Source: Eledone cirrhosa
Taxonomy: Eukaryota
Assembly: GCA_964016885.1 (NCBI GenBank)
Contig: OZ024741.1
Span: 295,740,001-295,804,000 of the forward strand
Direction of reading: 5' to 3'
Length of the DNA: 64,000 nucleotides
Made by a program: the position numbers and the translations under genes. Positions 38,741-50,681 of the stretch are shown in pieces (positions within the stretch are counted from its first letter, which is position 1; every line of letters starts with the position of its first letter). The notes under the pieces are model-generated. The model made no database searches, was not told where the DNA came from, and saw only the letters and a program-made list of their open reading frames with translations.

Positions 38741-38829
38741 CAGGCTGTCTCCAAAAAATATATACACCATTCTAATAAATATTGGTTATACAGGTAATCA
38801 AAGTGAGTATACATTTTTTGGACACCCTG
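38741..38829. mobile_element. Tc1/mariner-like MITE
   Basis: TA-CAGGCTGTCTCCAAAAAATATATAC ... GTATACATTTTTTGGACACCCTG. Confidence 0.7.
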
Positions 38830-39270
38830 TGTATATATATATATATATAATAGCTTTCACCGTATTTTTTACTAAAAAAATTTTAGCCTGATAATGGGGT
38901 TTAGAACCCTCAGATAAATGGTTAGAACCCTCATTATCAGGCTAAAATTCCTTTAGTCAAAAATACGGGGAAAGCTATTCTATTTTCTAATTTCAAACCT
39001 GCTCACTGTTTCAAAACATACTTACTTGTCATATATATATATGTTATATATATATATGTAAATATACAAATAATACATATAAACCCTATATTTGTTACCA
39101 AAGCTGGCAGTTTGAAAAATCCTCCTTGGAACTCCGAAGTACCTGTGACCCAACTTTTAAAATGCATCTCACGAATTGAGTTCTTCAATCAGTTATTGTT
39201 TTTGTTTGTTTTGTTGTTGTTTTTTAGGGTTTTTGTGGGGTGGGGGGGTTAGTTTATGTATATATATATA

Positions 39271-39452
39271 ATTGTTTCTACTATTGGCACAAGGCCAGCA
39301 ATTATCTCAGCGTATTACTGGTACTTTATTTAATGGACCCCGTAAGGATGAAAGGCAAAGTTAACACTCGGCGGGATTTGAACTCAGACCATAAAGGGCC
39401 GTAACTCTTTGCTGCAAAGCATGGCGTCCTACCCTCTACCGATACTGCCAGC
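39271..39452 (-). mobile_element. Meta-core (OR1-like) SINE
   Basis: Head, B-box, core and tail. Confidence 0.88.
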
Positions 39453-40142
39453 CTCTAAACACACATGTATATTATAGATATATGGGTAAGGTGGGGATAT
39501 AAATCTGGTGAATGAGGTCGAATGTAGCTTTATGAAAAGATTTTATTTGAAGATTCCAAACAATGAAAACAGCCAGGTTTTCTGTTTTTGACTTTTTTTC
39601 TTAAAGATAATTATTTGCTTGCATGAAATTCCAACAATCGGGCAATACATTTTAATTTTCAGAATCCCAAAATACCATTTCTATTACAACCGAAAAGACA
39701 CCTTTTGCGATGTTTCACCATTTACAGCATTGGAGCGACTGACTAGAGACTTTGTCGTTTCATTTGATAACCAATCAGTTATAACAATGTTTCACAACGG
39801 GGGTTCTAAGAAACAGTTTAAGTTTGTTGGATATCCAGAGACTTATATGGCCGGAGCTAATTCCAGTTTCTTTGGTGTTAAGTGACTGAGAGTACTAACT
39901 TTTCCATGTTCTGAGTTCAAAACCATCCAAGGCCCTCCATCATATCTGGAGTCGATCAAGCAAAATACCAGTCAAAGGCGTCGGAAATTGTTAGAAAATG
40001 GGATGAAACGATCTGCGGTATTTCTTTTTTTTTCCAGCTCTTTACCTTCTGGGTGCCCAAGCAGACTTGGTTATTTTTGCAGCTAACATTATAAAATGTA
40101 ATTTACTTGATAAAGAATGAACTAAAACTATATACTGAAATT

Positions 40143-40460
40143 CTATTTCACCTTATACTGCATGCTCCCGTAACTTCTAAGGGGGGGGGGGGGGGGGGGC
40201 CGTATTGATATACGGCGTTTCTTGGGCATTTTAAAACCTGGCGGGCCCAATCCTCTCCAAGTCTGAATACAGTAGATTTCTTCCAGAGACGGAAAGAGAT
40301 ATCGAGAAAGAATCGACCCCAGTACTAGGCTGGTGCTTCTTTTATGGATGAAAGCAAAGTTGACCTCAGCGGTATTTGAACTCCGAGATCAGAGAGTCGA
40401 AATGAATAACACAAACCATTCTATCTGATGTTCTAACGACTCTGGCAATTTACCGCCTTA
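40143..40460 (-). mobile_element. Meta-core SINE variant with alternative tail and tRNA head
   Basis: Head TAAGGCGGTAAATTGCCAGAGTCGTTAGA, B-box GGAGTTCAAATACC, tail shared with the 25.2 and 30.5 kb copies. Confidence 0.7.
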
Positions 40461-41105
40461 ATGTTCAATATTAAAAATTATTATCTTTAGTTTTATCTTA
40501 TTTTTTTAGCATGTGGGCTTTTTTGTGCGATAGATGGGGAATTTTGTCCTAGAGGTTTTTGCTCGGTGGAATTTTTGTCGTGGGAGCTTTCGCCCGTATC
40601 CTTATGCATTAAGAGTAGTAAGACGGGACTTATGGATAACTCGTTGCATTTGGTAATAGGACTGATTGGTTGTATAAATCATGTGGGTTCGAAACTGTCA
40701 CGCTAAATTACTATGAGTTTCTTTGATATTAATATCATACAATGGCAATATATCATCATCATCATCTCTTTCTTCTTCTTCGTCTTCTTTTTCTTCTTCT
40801 TCTTCTTAAACATTCCTTCCTGCGGCGGATCTTTTTCCCCTGATACCGCTGGATCCCTGATGTCTCTATACGAATGCCAGAGTATTTGTGTTCGACAATG
40901 TATTGTATTTTAATTTAAGATCAATAGATTTTTTAAAATATATAATTAGGATATAAACATCGCTAGGTAAATATTGAATGATGGGTAAAAATTCAGGCTT
41001 GGTGTTTTATTCGAATAGATTATACAGCAACGTATAAATATTCACAGAATGTTGTGTTATGAAATAAAGATAGAAATACAAAACCCCATTTCAGTGCTGG
41101 ATAAT

Positions 41106-41716
41106 AGTTTCTGGTTTAGGCACAAAGCCAACAATTTATTGCGGGAAAGGAAAGTCGATTAAATCGACCACAGTGTATGACTAGTATTTTATTTTATCGA
41201 ACACGCAAGGGTGAAAGGTAAAGCTCACCTCGGCGGTATTTGAACTCAGAACGTAAAGAGACATAACAATAAGCCACAAAGCATGTTGTCCGACGCTCTA
41301 CCGATACAGCCAATCAACCGCCCCTTTTCAATGCTAGATGATAAAATAAATACTGGATGCTTAAATTAAATTAAAAGAAATAAATTACAATAATAACTAC
41401 ACAGTCGGTAATTAAAATCTAAGTTTAATCTAAAGTCTGTCTCAAGCCCGCGAGACTCATCGGGCAGGTGCTTATCTCGGTTTCCGTGGTCTAAAGTGAC
41501 TGAGAGTAAAAGATTTCTCTTTAGACTGGACGCCACTCCATCACAGGGTTAAACCCCCAGTTATTGCTGGTACACATTTTACAGCTGAGTATACTGGAGC
41601 ACCGTGAAATGAAGTGTTTTGCTCAAGAACACAACACACACCACACAACCTAGTCCAGGAATCGAACACACGACATTGCGATCGTAAGTCCAACACACAT
41701 ACCAATAGGGTCACGT
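41106..41716 (-). mobile_element. Composite: CORE-type SINE (41431-41716), AT-rich linker, Meta-core SINE (41106-41325)
   Basis: Both SINEs recognisable; the same linker recurs inverted at 45730-45855. Confidence 0.8.
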
Positions 41717-42065
41717 AAAACCAAATTAGTTATTGGTAAATTAACTTTAGGAATATCTTTAGAATGATTTATGATTAATTTAAGAAACGGCTGTTTTGCC
41801 TTCTGTTGCAAAATTTCAGTTGAAATTAAAATATTTCGTTTGTTTGTTCAAAGAATTACTAAAGAGAATCTATCATAAACGTTTATATATCATAAAGGTT
41901 CGAAACTACAGCATTAAATAAATATGGAGCTCTAAATGTGTTTGATGTAATGATAATGTACATTTTAATTTAGCGTCACACTATTAACACATAATTAACT
42001 TTATATTTCAGATTGTACATCACAAATCTTCTTTAGAACTATAACAAGTAATTAAATAAATATAA

Positions 42066-42122
<57 letters not shown>

Positions 42123-42198
42123 TATATTTAGAGTTTTAAACTCAAACAGTCATTTACAATTAATTAGCTCAAAGAAAGAATCATTTCTGAGCCGTGAA

Positions 42199-42610
42199 AT
42201 ACAAGTTAATATAAATTAATATATGATAAACACGTAAGTGCAAAACCTCGTGCGTTTTGTGCTCGTGAACCAGACCTTCAAAATTTTTTTCGAGGTGAAG
42301 TAACCTAATTTTTCTGGGTACCTGTTGATAAGCACAGAAAATTGATTATTTCACTTTTTATAAAATCGTTTGCGAAACTTGTTTGGATTTTGAAGTTCAG
42401 ATTGATCTGCGGAAAAGGTTTGGATTTTGAAATTTAAATTTGTCCAGGTACCACGGCTATTTGCCAATAGAGTTTGTGTCTATTGATTTATTATTTTAAA
42501 TCGATACAGGCAAACTATATTTATTTGAATTAGTTTATTTAATTCTAGCTAACTTCGTCTTTTACAATACAAACACTTACGTGTTTATCATATATTAATT
42601 TATATTAACT

Positions 42611-42615
<5 letters not shown>
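42199..42615. repeat. Element bounded by 42-bp perfect inverted repeats between (TA)n tracts
   Basis: ATACAAGTTAATATAAATTAATATATGATAAACACGTAAGTG (42199-42240) and its reverse complement (42574-42615). Confidence 0.75.
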
Positions 42616-42655
<40 letters not shown>

Positions 42656-42914
42656 AAATATGTGAAATCCTTGGTACAGTTAGGTATATTTAAAAAAAGG
42701 AAAAGAATGACTTCACTAAACAATTCTAAACAGTTCTAAACAATTTGATTTAATTTTATGATATTAGGATTTTACAATTTCGTTTTACAAAACCAAATAG
42801 ATCTACAAAACCAAATCGTAAAATCATAATATTATAAAATAAAATTAATTTAGAACTATTATAAAATAAAATTAATTTAGAACTACAAGTGAAGTGATTC
42901 TTTTTCTTTTTTTA

Positions 42915-43208
42915 ATGTTGAATATTACAATTAAAAAGAATTAAAAAGAATTGATAATTAAACATTTTATTTTAAGTGTTGAAGAAGGTCTGTTCATCTT
43001 TCTTGTTGAGAAGAAGACGGGTTCTTCTCAGCAAGAAAGATGAACAGACCTTCTTCAACTCTTAATTTGAAATTTGAAATTTTTATTTTTATTATTTTTA
43101 ATTATTTTTAATTATTTTTGATTATTTTTAATTATTTTTAATTATTTTTTAATTATTTTTAATTATTTTTAATTATTTTTAATTATTTTTAATTGTAATA
43201 TTCAACAT
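42915..43208. repeat. Long AT-rich palindrome centred at about 43018
   Basis: Inner arms of about 44 bp (TTAAGTGTTGAAGAAGGTCTGTTCATCTTTCTTGTTGAGAAGAA and its near-reverse-complement); outer arms ATGTTGAATATTACAATTAAAAA; (TAATTATTTT)n expansion. Confidence 0.8.
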
Positions 43209-43907
43209 TTGATCAGATCTGATACATCGAAACCGGTTATATTTTATATATTTTATATACATTATAAAACTCCTTTTTTTTTAAAAATTGTTCCTCTCAT
43301 TTTTTCAATTATGTCACTTTTCCTCCTTAAAGTATATACTATTTCTTAAATATTATATGCTTTTTATATATATAACTACAAGATACTATGTGTTTCTAAA
43401 ATGATATATGGCTATATAATATATTTTTTAATTTGAATTATATCTATATACACATACGCACCGGATGTTTAGATTAAGAGATCGCGTATGCCTGAACACT
43501 TGTAACACATCTATATGAGTATGTGTACCTTTGTATATACGTGTTGAAATAAGTTTATATAACCCTGAAATGTACTTTCACAAATTCCCTACGTACTTAT
43601 ATATATATATATATATGTATATACATTTTTTCTTGGACAACATAAATGGTGTGGACGGCAGGTCTTCCACAAAGCATTATGCATGCGCTTCATTTTTCAT
43701 GTACATGTATGTTGAAATTCAAATGACAGTTGTGACACTCTTACGCCATCAAAAATTCAGCCAACAAATTATTCAAAACTGATTGCAGAAATTACGTAGG
43801 TTCTGCACATGCGCTTAAGGTGTGGGTAAACTAGAACCTTGTTTTGATGAGGTTCCGTATATTATTGCGCGTGCGTTAAGGTAAGCTTTTAAATACATTA
43901 TATATAT

Positions 43908-44087
43908 AATTGTTTCTACTTTTGGCACAAAGCCAGCAATTGTCCCTTGCATTATTGGTACTTTATTTTATCGACCCCGTAAGGATGAAAGGCAAAGTTA
44001 ACCTCGGAGGGATTTGAACTCAGAATGGCAAGGGCCGTAACTCTACGTGTCAAAGGTGTCTGACCCTCTACCGATACTGCCAATCCA
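43908..44087 (-). mobile_element. Meta-core (OR1-like) SINE
   Basis: Head, B-box, core and tail. Confidence 0.85.
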
Positions 44088-44318
44088 ATGTCATATATCT
44101 AGCATGACGGTGTATATATACATATATATACACCGTAATGCTAGATATATGACACACGAGGAAAGGGGAAGAAGTTATTTTGATGTTTTTGCCAAGCTCT
44201 TTTAATGAAGAATCAATGGAAAGAGATAAGAAAAGAAAAGAGAATAAATATATAGCAATAAAATGGACAGTAACTGTAGGTTAGTTTTGTTTTCATGGTA
44301 GCCATGATAGATAGTTAG

Positions 44319-44378
<60 letters not shown>

Positions 44379-44526
44379 ATTCACTAACGAAGCTTACCTA
44401 AATGCAGAAACACACACACATACCTAACATACATTGCACACTCTCTCCCCCACTCAAACACGCATACACGCATAATCTACACTGTACAATGTATGCATAC
44501 ACATACATACAGTACACACACAAACA

Positions 44527-44590
<64 letters not shown>

Positions 44591-44929
44591 ATATACATAC
44601 ATACATATATGTGTGTGTGTGTGTGTGTAAACAAATAACACGACAGATGTATCACTTCCTGTTTCCGGTTTTTCAAAGACCCGACATATTTGTCTGTTGT
44701 TACTTTTTAAATCTTTCATTCTTCCCTCCTTAACAATTTATTGGTATATCTTGGCGGTGACGATGGTGAGGTTGATGTTAGAGGTGGTGGCGGTAGTGAT
44801 GGGGAATGTGGTGTTGGTGGTGGTGCGTTGGAAGTGATATTGTTGAAGGTTAGGGGTAAGATGTGGTGTTGATGTTCTTGTTGGTGTTGGTGCCGTTGAT
44901 GTTTCATTGTTCTTCCACACCCTAAGTCA

Positions 44930-44972
<43 letters not shown>

Positions 44973-45090
44973 ACTCTCTCTCTCTCTCACACACACACAC
45001 ACATGCACATACACACACACGCACGCGCGCACAGACATATACACACACATATACACGCATATTAATATATATATATATATATATTTACTC

Positions 45091-45129
<39 letters not shown>

Positions 45130-45544
45130 TGTGCATATGTATGTTTGTATCTGCTAATACGTATATATATTATACATACATACATACACTTAGAACGTGT
45201 GTGTGTGTTCTAAACTATTAAACATACCAGTAATTAGTCATGCTATATCTCGCCGCCAATCAGGCAATCCCTCTTTAATGACCATCTCATGCTATATGTT
45301 TATCTATCTATTTATTTATATATTTTTATTTAATTAATAAAGTGTGTGTTTATTTTACCTTCTCTGTCTAGACAGTTTATTGCCTGTATCTCTCTTCTGG
45401 GTGTAATAACAACAACAACAACAATAACAACAACAACAGCAACAACAACAACTCCAACAATAATTCCTACTACAACAACAACTCCAACAACTCCAACAAC
45501 AACAACAATAATTTCAACAACTACAATGATGACAATAACATCAA

Positions 45545-45912
45545 CACTTCATTTCATGTTGCTCCAGTATACTCAGCTGTAAATGAGTACCAGCAGTAGC
45601 TGGGAGTTTAACCCTACGATAGACTGCCGTCCTGTCCAGGAGGAAGTCTTGTATTCTCAGTGATTCTACGCCACGGAAACCAGGATAAGCACCGGCCTGC
45701 TGCGCCTCTGGGTTCGAGACAGACTTTAGTAGATTAAACTTAGATTTCAATTACCGACTATGTATTTATTATTGTAATTTATTTGATTTAATTTAATTTA
45801 ATTTAATTTAATAGAAGCTCCCGATATTTATTTTCTTATCTAGTATAGAAAAGGGGCAGTGGGTTGGCAGTATCGGTAGAGCGTCGGAAAACATGTATTT
45901 GCGGCAATAGAG
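45545..45912 (+). mobile_element. Composite: headless CORE-type SINE, AT linker, Meta-SINE head
   Basis: Inverted homolog of 41280-41620. Confidence 0.8.
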
Positions 45913-45924
45913 TACAATATAGAA

Positions 45925-46218
45925 CAGAGGTTCTCAAACTTTTGGGGCCTCTTCCCCTCTTACGGCCACGAAATACCCTCAGTGCCCCCAACCCTATTTC
46001 CAGCAAGACCTGCCTACACGCATATTGTAAATAAAATATTATAGATAAAATAGTTGTATAATAAAAAATATAATATATACAATTTATAAATAAATATTAT
46101 ATATTTATATATATGTATCATTTGATATCTGATATACTACTATATCATCTTTACCTCCCCCTTAGGCCCAAGCGCCTCCTAGACCTTCTCAACGGTAGCG
46201 CCCACTTTGAGAACCTAT
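45925..46218. mobile_element. hAT-like MITE
   Basis: CAGAGGTTCTCAAACTTTT ... GCGCCCACTTTGAGAACC termini. Confidence 0.7.
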
Positions 46219-46812
46219 CGTGAAGGAGCTTAATTTTAGTGGTTAGGGTGTAGGGATAAGGATCATAAGTTTGTGAGTTTCCCATTGTTCCAATCCACAC
46301 AGCTGTAAAAAAATGACGAAACTGATGCCAAGCTGTATGGACATTTGCCGTCCTTTTGGATAACATCTGTGGCATGGAGAGGGGAGATTGGCATACATGG
46401 ATGACTGCTGGTCAACTACGAAAACACGTTACCCCAGACTTGTGTCTCTGTTAGTCATGAATGTACAATGCATGAATGAAGGAGTCTTTCTCATTATAAA
46501 CAATCTTTTTGTCTACAGTGCATGGCTACCTATGAGTGAATGGCCTCTCGCTTTTCAGTAGTGGCTTTATAAGCAGTTAAAGAGAGTAGCTGTATTTAGC
46601 CATTGCTTAACCCTTGGACAACATCAATGGCGTGGAGAGGGGTGGCTGGCCTGCGTGGACGACTGTTGGTCTTTCACAAAACACCATAACTCGGCTTGCA
46701 CCTGGGATGGGAACGAAACTTTCCCAGTGTAAACCATGGTTAACGATGCCCAAAGAGTGTCTTCTTCTTCTTCTTCTTCTTCTTCTTTATCAATATGACA
46801 CACTAAGTATAT

Positions 46813-47140
46813 ACAGTTGTCCCCGGTATTCGCGAGGGTTACGTTCCTAGAGCACTCGCAAAGAGGGAAAAACCGCGAATATTGGACGTGTCCATAAAAA
46901 TGCCTATAAACGTCAAAACATAATGTAAAATATAGGCCGACAAATACGGTACATTGTTATTAATAGTTTAGCGTTAAAAAGCGTAAAAAAATATATATTG
47001 CTACGAAAAAAAGCCATTAAAAAATCGCGGAAGATATTTACGATTCCGCGAATATGCGGTGGCTTCCACGAACAATTATTAGTCAGGTTCTGAGGAAAAT
47101 TCTGTGAATAACCGGAACCGCGAATGCTGAGGGTACACTG
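46813..47140. mobile_element. Tigger/pogo-like MITE
   Basis: TA-CAGTTGTCCCCGGTATTCGCG ... CGCGAATGCTGAGGGTACACTG-TA with internal CCGCGAAT repeats. Confidence 0.75.
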
Positions 47141-47550
47141 TATAGTACAATATACAGTATAATATATAATATGCTGTATTAAACTTCTTCAATTTTTTTT
47201 GCTCTCAATATAGCATTAAGTAAGAAACACTGCCACGAACCTCCTCTTGGGCCAGGATCTCAACTAGGCCTTGACTTGTCGCCCTTGTCGCCGATGTCCC
47301 TCACCTCCCACTTGTTTACTTTCAAGAGAAGATCTCACTGGTTTCTTCTTGGCCATGTTTAGCGTGTTGCCAAGCATCTTTCGCTGGATTAAAGTAGATT
47401 ACTGGTATCCAGTAGATTACTTTATCTGGCCTTTTCTATGATCTCGTTATGTTGTCATGCCAAGATATTCCATGTGGAGCCTCAGGCAATACACACACAT
47501 ACACACACACACGCACACACAAACACAACCACACACACAACCACACACAA

Positions 47551-47594
<44 letters not shown>

Positions 47595-47753
47595 ACGCAC
47601 ACACATATATATATATATATTTTTTCTCCCGACGGAATTACTTCATTTATATATATATATATATATATAAAATTGCAAGTTTGAAGAATTATTAGATAAA
47701 ATATATCCAGTCTTTCTTCACCCTAGTCCGTAGAAATCAACTAGATAAATAAT

Positions 47754-47809
<56 letters not shown>

Positions 47810-47812
<3 letters not shown>

Positions 47813-48019
47813 GGTGACCACTGAAAAACTTGTTCGTTTACAATCTTTTTTCTTTTCTTTTTTTTTTTGCAGATTATAAAGCATCCCTTGATTTTTTACA
47901 CATAATACTGACAAAAATCCATTATTTATATTTCCAAATAAAGTAATACAAAATAAAAAAGCCCTGTGTTGGTAAAAGTTATTTTTGTTTTATATCATTC
48001 AGTCTTTCAGTGGCCACCG
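47810..48019. mobile_element. Tc1/mariner-like MITE in (TA)n
   Basis: TA-CAGGGTGACCACTGAAA ... TTTCAGTGGCCACCG-TA. Confidence 0.75.
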
Positions 48020-48261
48020 TATATATTCACACACAAACACGACAACATGCAGTCGGTAAATAAATATATTTTTTTATATTATCTAGTGATTCTGACGATT
48101 TCTCTACAAAGAAACTAAATGCCACCTCCTTTTGTATTTCAATGAGACATATGTATATGTCTCATTGAAATATATATAAATAATTTATTAATGTATGGAA
48201 CCTTGGTGATTATTATTATAATTTTTCATATCTCGTATATATATATATATATATATATATA

Positions 48262-48427
48262 TCAGGATTCAACCAGTATTAAACTAGTTAAACCATTATT
48301 CTATAGAGTTCTCGATACTTGGGATAGTAGAGTGTGACTATCTTAGAAAGAGTCGGAGCCCTACAGAGTTTGGGACTAGCTGTTGAAATAGCAAGCGCTC
48401 AGTCGTCGGGCCCCGACTCTTTCGAAA
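48262..48427. repeat. Hairpin-ended element, subfamily A
   Basis: GAAAGAGTCGGAGCCC ... GGGCCCCGACTCTTTC arms; homologous to 8570-8708. Confidence 0.65.
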
Positions 48428-48430
48428 TAT

Positions 48431-48606
48431 ACAGTTAAAATTCCGTTACAACGCACACTATTATAACGAATTTTTCTGTATAACGAAACTTTTTTCAATC
48501 CCCGGCCACACGCTCGATGTGTTTCGGTCGATCTCGTTATAAAAAATTTTCGTTACAACGAATTTTTTTTGTACCCAGTGAATTTCATTATAACGGAATT
48601 TCACTG
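48431..48606. mobile_element. Tigger/pogo-like MITE
   Basis: TA-CAGTTAAAATTCCGTTACAACG ... ATTATAACGGAATTTCACTG-TA; homolog of 26074-26247. Confidence 0.8.
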
Positions 48607-48719
48607 TATATATGTGTGTGTGTGTGTGTGTCTGTGTGTGTGTGTGTGTGTGTGTGTTTATATATCAATCTATCTATCCACATACCTATATAACTACCTG
48701 TTTACCTACCTATCTATCC

Positions 48720-50432
48720 CCCATTCTGTACGTGCTGACTCTGGAACCACTGCTGCGGAAGTTGGAGCTGCTGCAGGGCATCCTGTTGGAACCGGGACTG
48801 CGGAAAGCGCCGTCGGCTTATGACGACGACGTGACAGTAATGGTGTCGGAAACTTCGGAAATCGGGGCGATCGGCAACTTACTACAGGAATACGAAAGGC
48901 TCACAGGAGCAAAACTGAACCCGGACAAGTCTGTCGGTTTGCAACTCGGAACGTGGAGAGGCAAACCGATGCCGTCCTACAACGTCGTCGGACGCTGGAC
49001 GGACGGACCGGTGAAATTGCTCAGGGTCTGGTTCGGTCCGGACCTCCAGGTGTAGAAAAACTGGAACGAGGTCACGGCCAAGGTATTTGCGCTCACCCAG
49101 AAATGGGTAGAGTGCAAACTATCCTTGAAAGGTCGAGCGGAGGTGGCGAACACTTTCATAACGTCCGTCATCTACTACCGCTTGATCGTCGTGCCTTGTC
49201 CCCGTGAACACCTCGCCAAGATGGAATTCATGCTCTTCCAGTTCCTTTGGAAGAAGCAGGCTCCACTGGTGAGGAGATCCGTCTGCTGTCAGCACCCTTC
49301 CAATGGAGGGCTTGGAATGCCGTGGCTGATGATGCGCAAACATGCGCTGAGGCTACGGCATCTACAGGTATTCCTCACCGACCAACCGGTGTGGGCACCG
49401 TTTGTGAAACTGGCCTTACCGCAACTTGTCTCGTTGACGGAGCTGCAGTCCTGGGTCAAGCGGAGACTGAAGAAGATGGGCGCCTGGCACATTGAATGCG
49501 CTCAGGCGCTTACAGTCTACTATCAAGCGGGCACGGCAATCAGTGAAGACTCCACTTCAACATTCTATAGAGGGTTAGTACGTCACAAGGGCGACGACGT
49601 GCTCGGACAGACTCTGGGCGTCGAAGACGACGAACTCACCAGTCTGTTTGGTAAGACTTTTCGCTCGGCACCTATGGACAACTTCCAGAGGTCCCTGGTC
49701 TGGCAGTGTTACCGAGGAGCTCTACCAGTTCGTGACAAGATCTACATGAACGGACGCCCCGGCAGGGATCCTTCCAAGAGGACGTGTCCAAGATGCGAGC
49801 AGGACATTGAAACCGTCTTGCACGCAATTGTACACTGCCCGGGCATAACCGACCTGGAACTACGCAGAACAACTTCTGTCGCGTATGGGACAAATCCAGT
49901 TGACTGCCGAGTTCATAGTAAGGATCAAACCGCCAACTTCTTTCAAAAACGAAAGAGAGGCGGTTTTCCTCTGTATAGTGTCTATGGTGAAAGAGGTTAT
50001 ATGGTGGACGAGATTGAGAGGACTGATCACAGATGCCTTTCTCTCCGGACAACAACTCATTTCCTTCTTTAGGTACCACTTTAGAAGGAGAATCAGGGTG
50101 GAGAGAGAGGCACTGCTCCCAGTAAATTTACTGAAAGGTGGGTGAATGTGGCAAAAATGGCCCGAGTGATTGGGCCTTCTCTGTATATAAACCTGTAGGT
50201 TGAAGAAGAGAGCAAAAGGAAGAACGGAACAGTTGCACAACACGCTCCTGGAGTTGAGGGTTGTTCTATCGACGGGGTATTAAACAACCCATTTGTGGTG
50301 CCACGCTCCTATTGGGGATTTCGATTGTTAAATTTGTTTGTTTCAATATTTTTACACGATTGTATGTAAAATTCCCGCCATATGTCTTTGTATTGTCCCC
50401 TTTGCGCTCTTGTGGCAAATAAAGAAATATAT
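48720..50432 (+). mobile_element. 5'-truncated Tx1/L1-type LINE (RT C-part to 3' end) in degenerate (CTAT)n
   Basis: SAYDDDVT, GAKLNPDKS, NGGLGMP, CCHC knuckle CPRCEQDIETVLHAIVHC, AATAAAGAAAT end; candidate TSD CTATCTATCC at 48710-48719 and 50433-50442. Confidence 0.9.
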
Positions 50433-50579
50433 CTATCTATCCATCTAACTACCAACTTATCTACCTACATACCTAAAAAGAAATTTATCTACCTACATAC
50501 CTATCTGTCTACCGCATATCCATATATCTATCTACCTGCCTACCTATCTATGTATCTACCTGCCCATCTATCTATATAT

Positions 50580-50631
<52 letters not shown>

Positions 50632-50681
50632 ATATCTATCTATCTATCTATCTATCTATTTGTTATTTTATCTATCTATCT

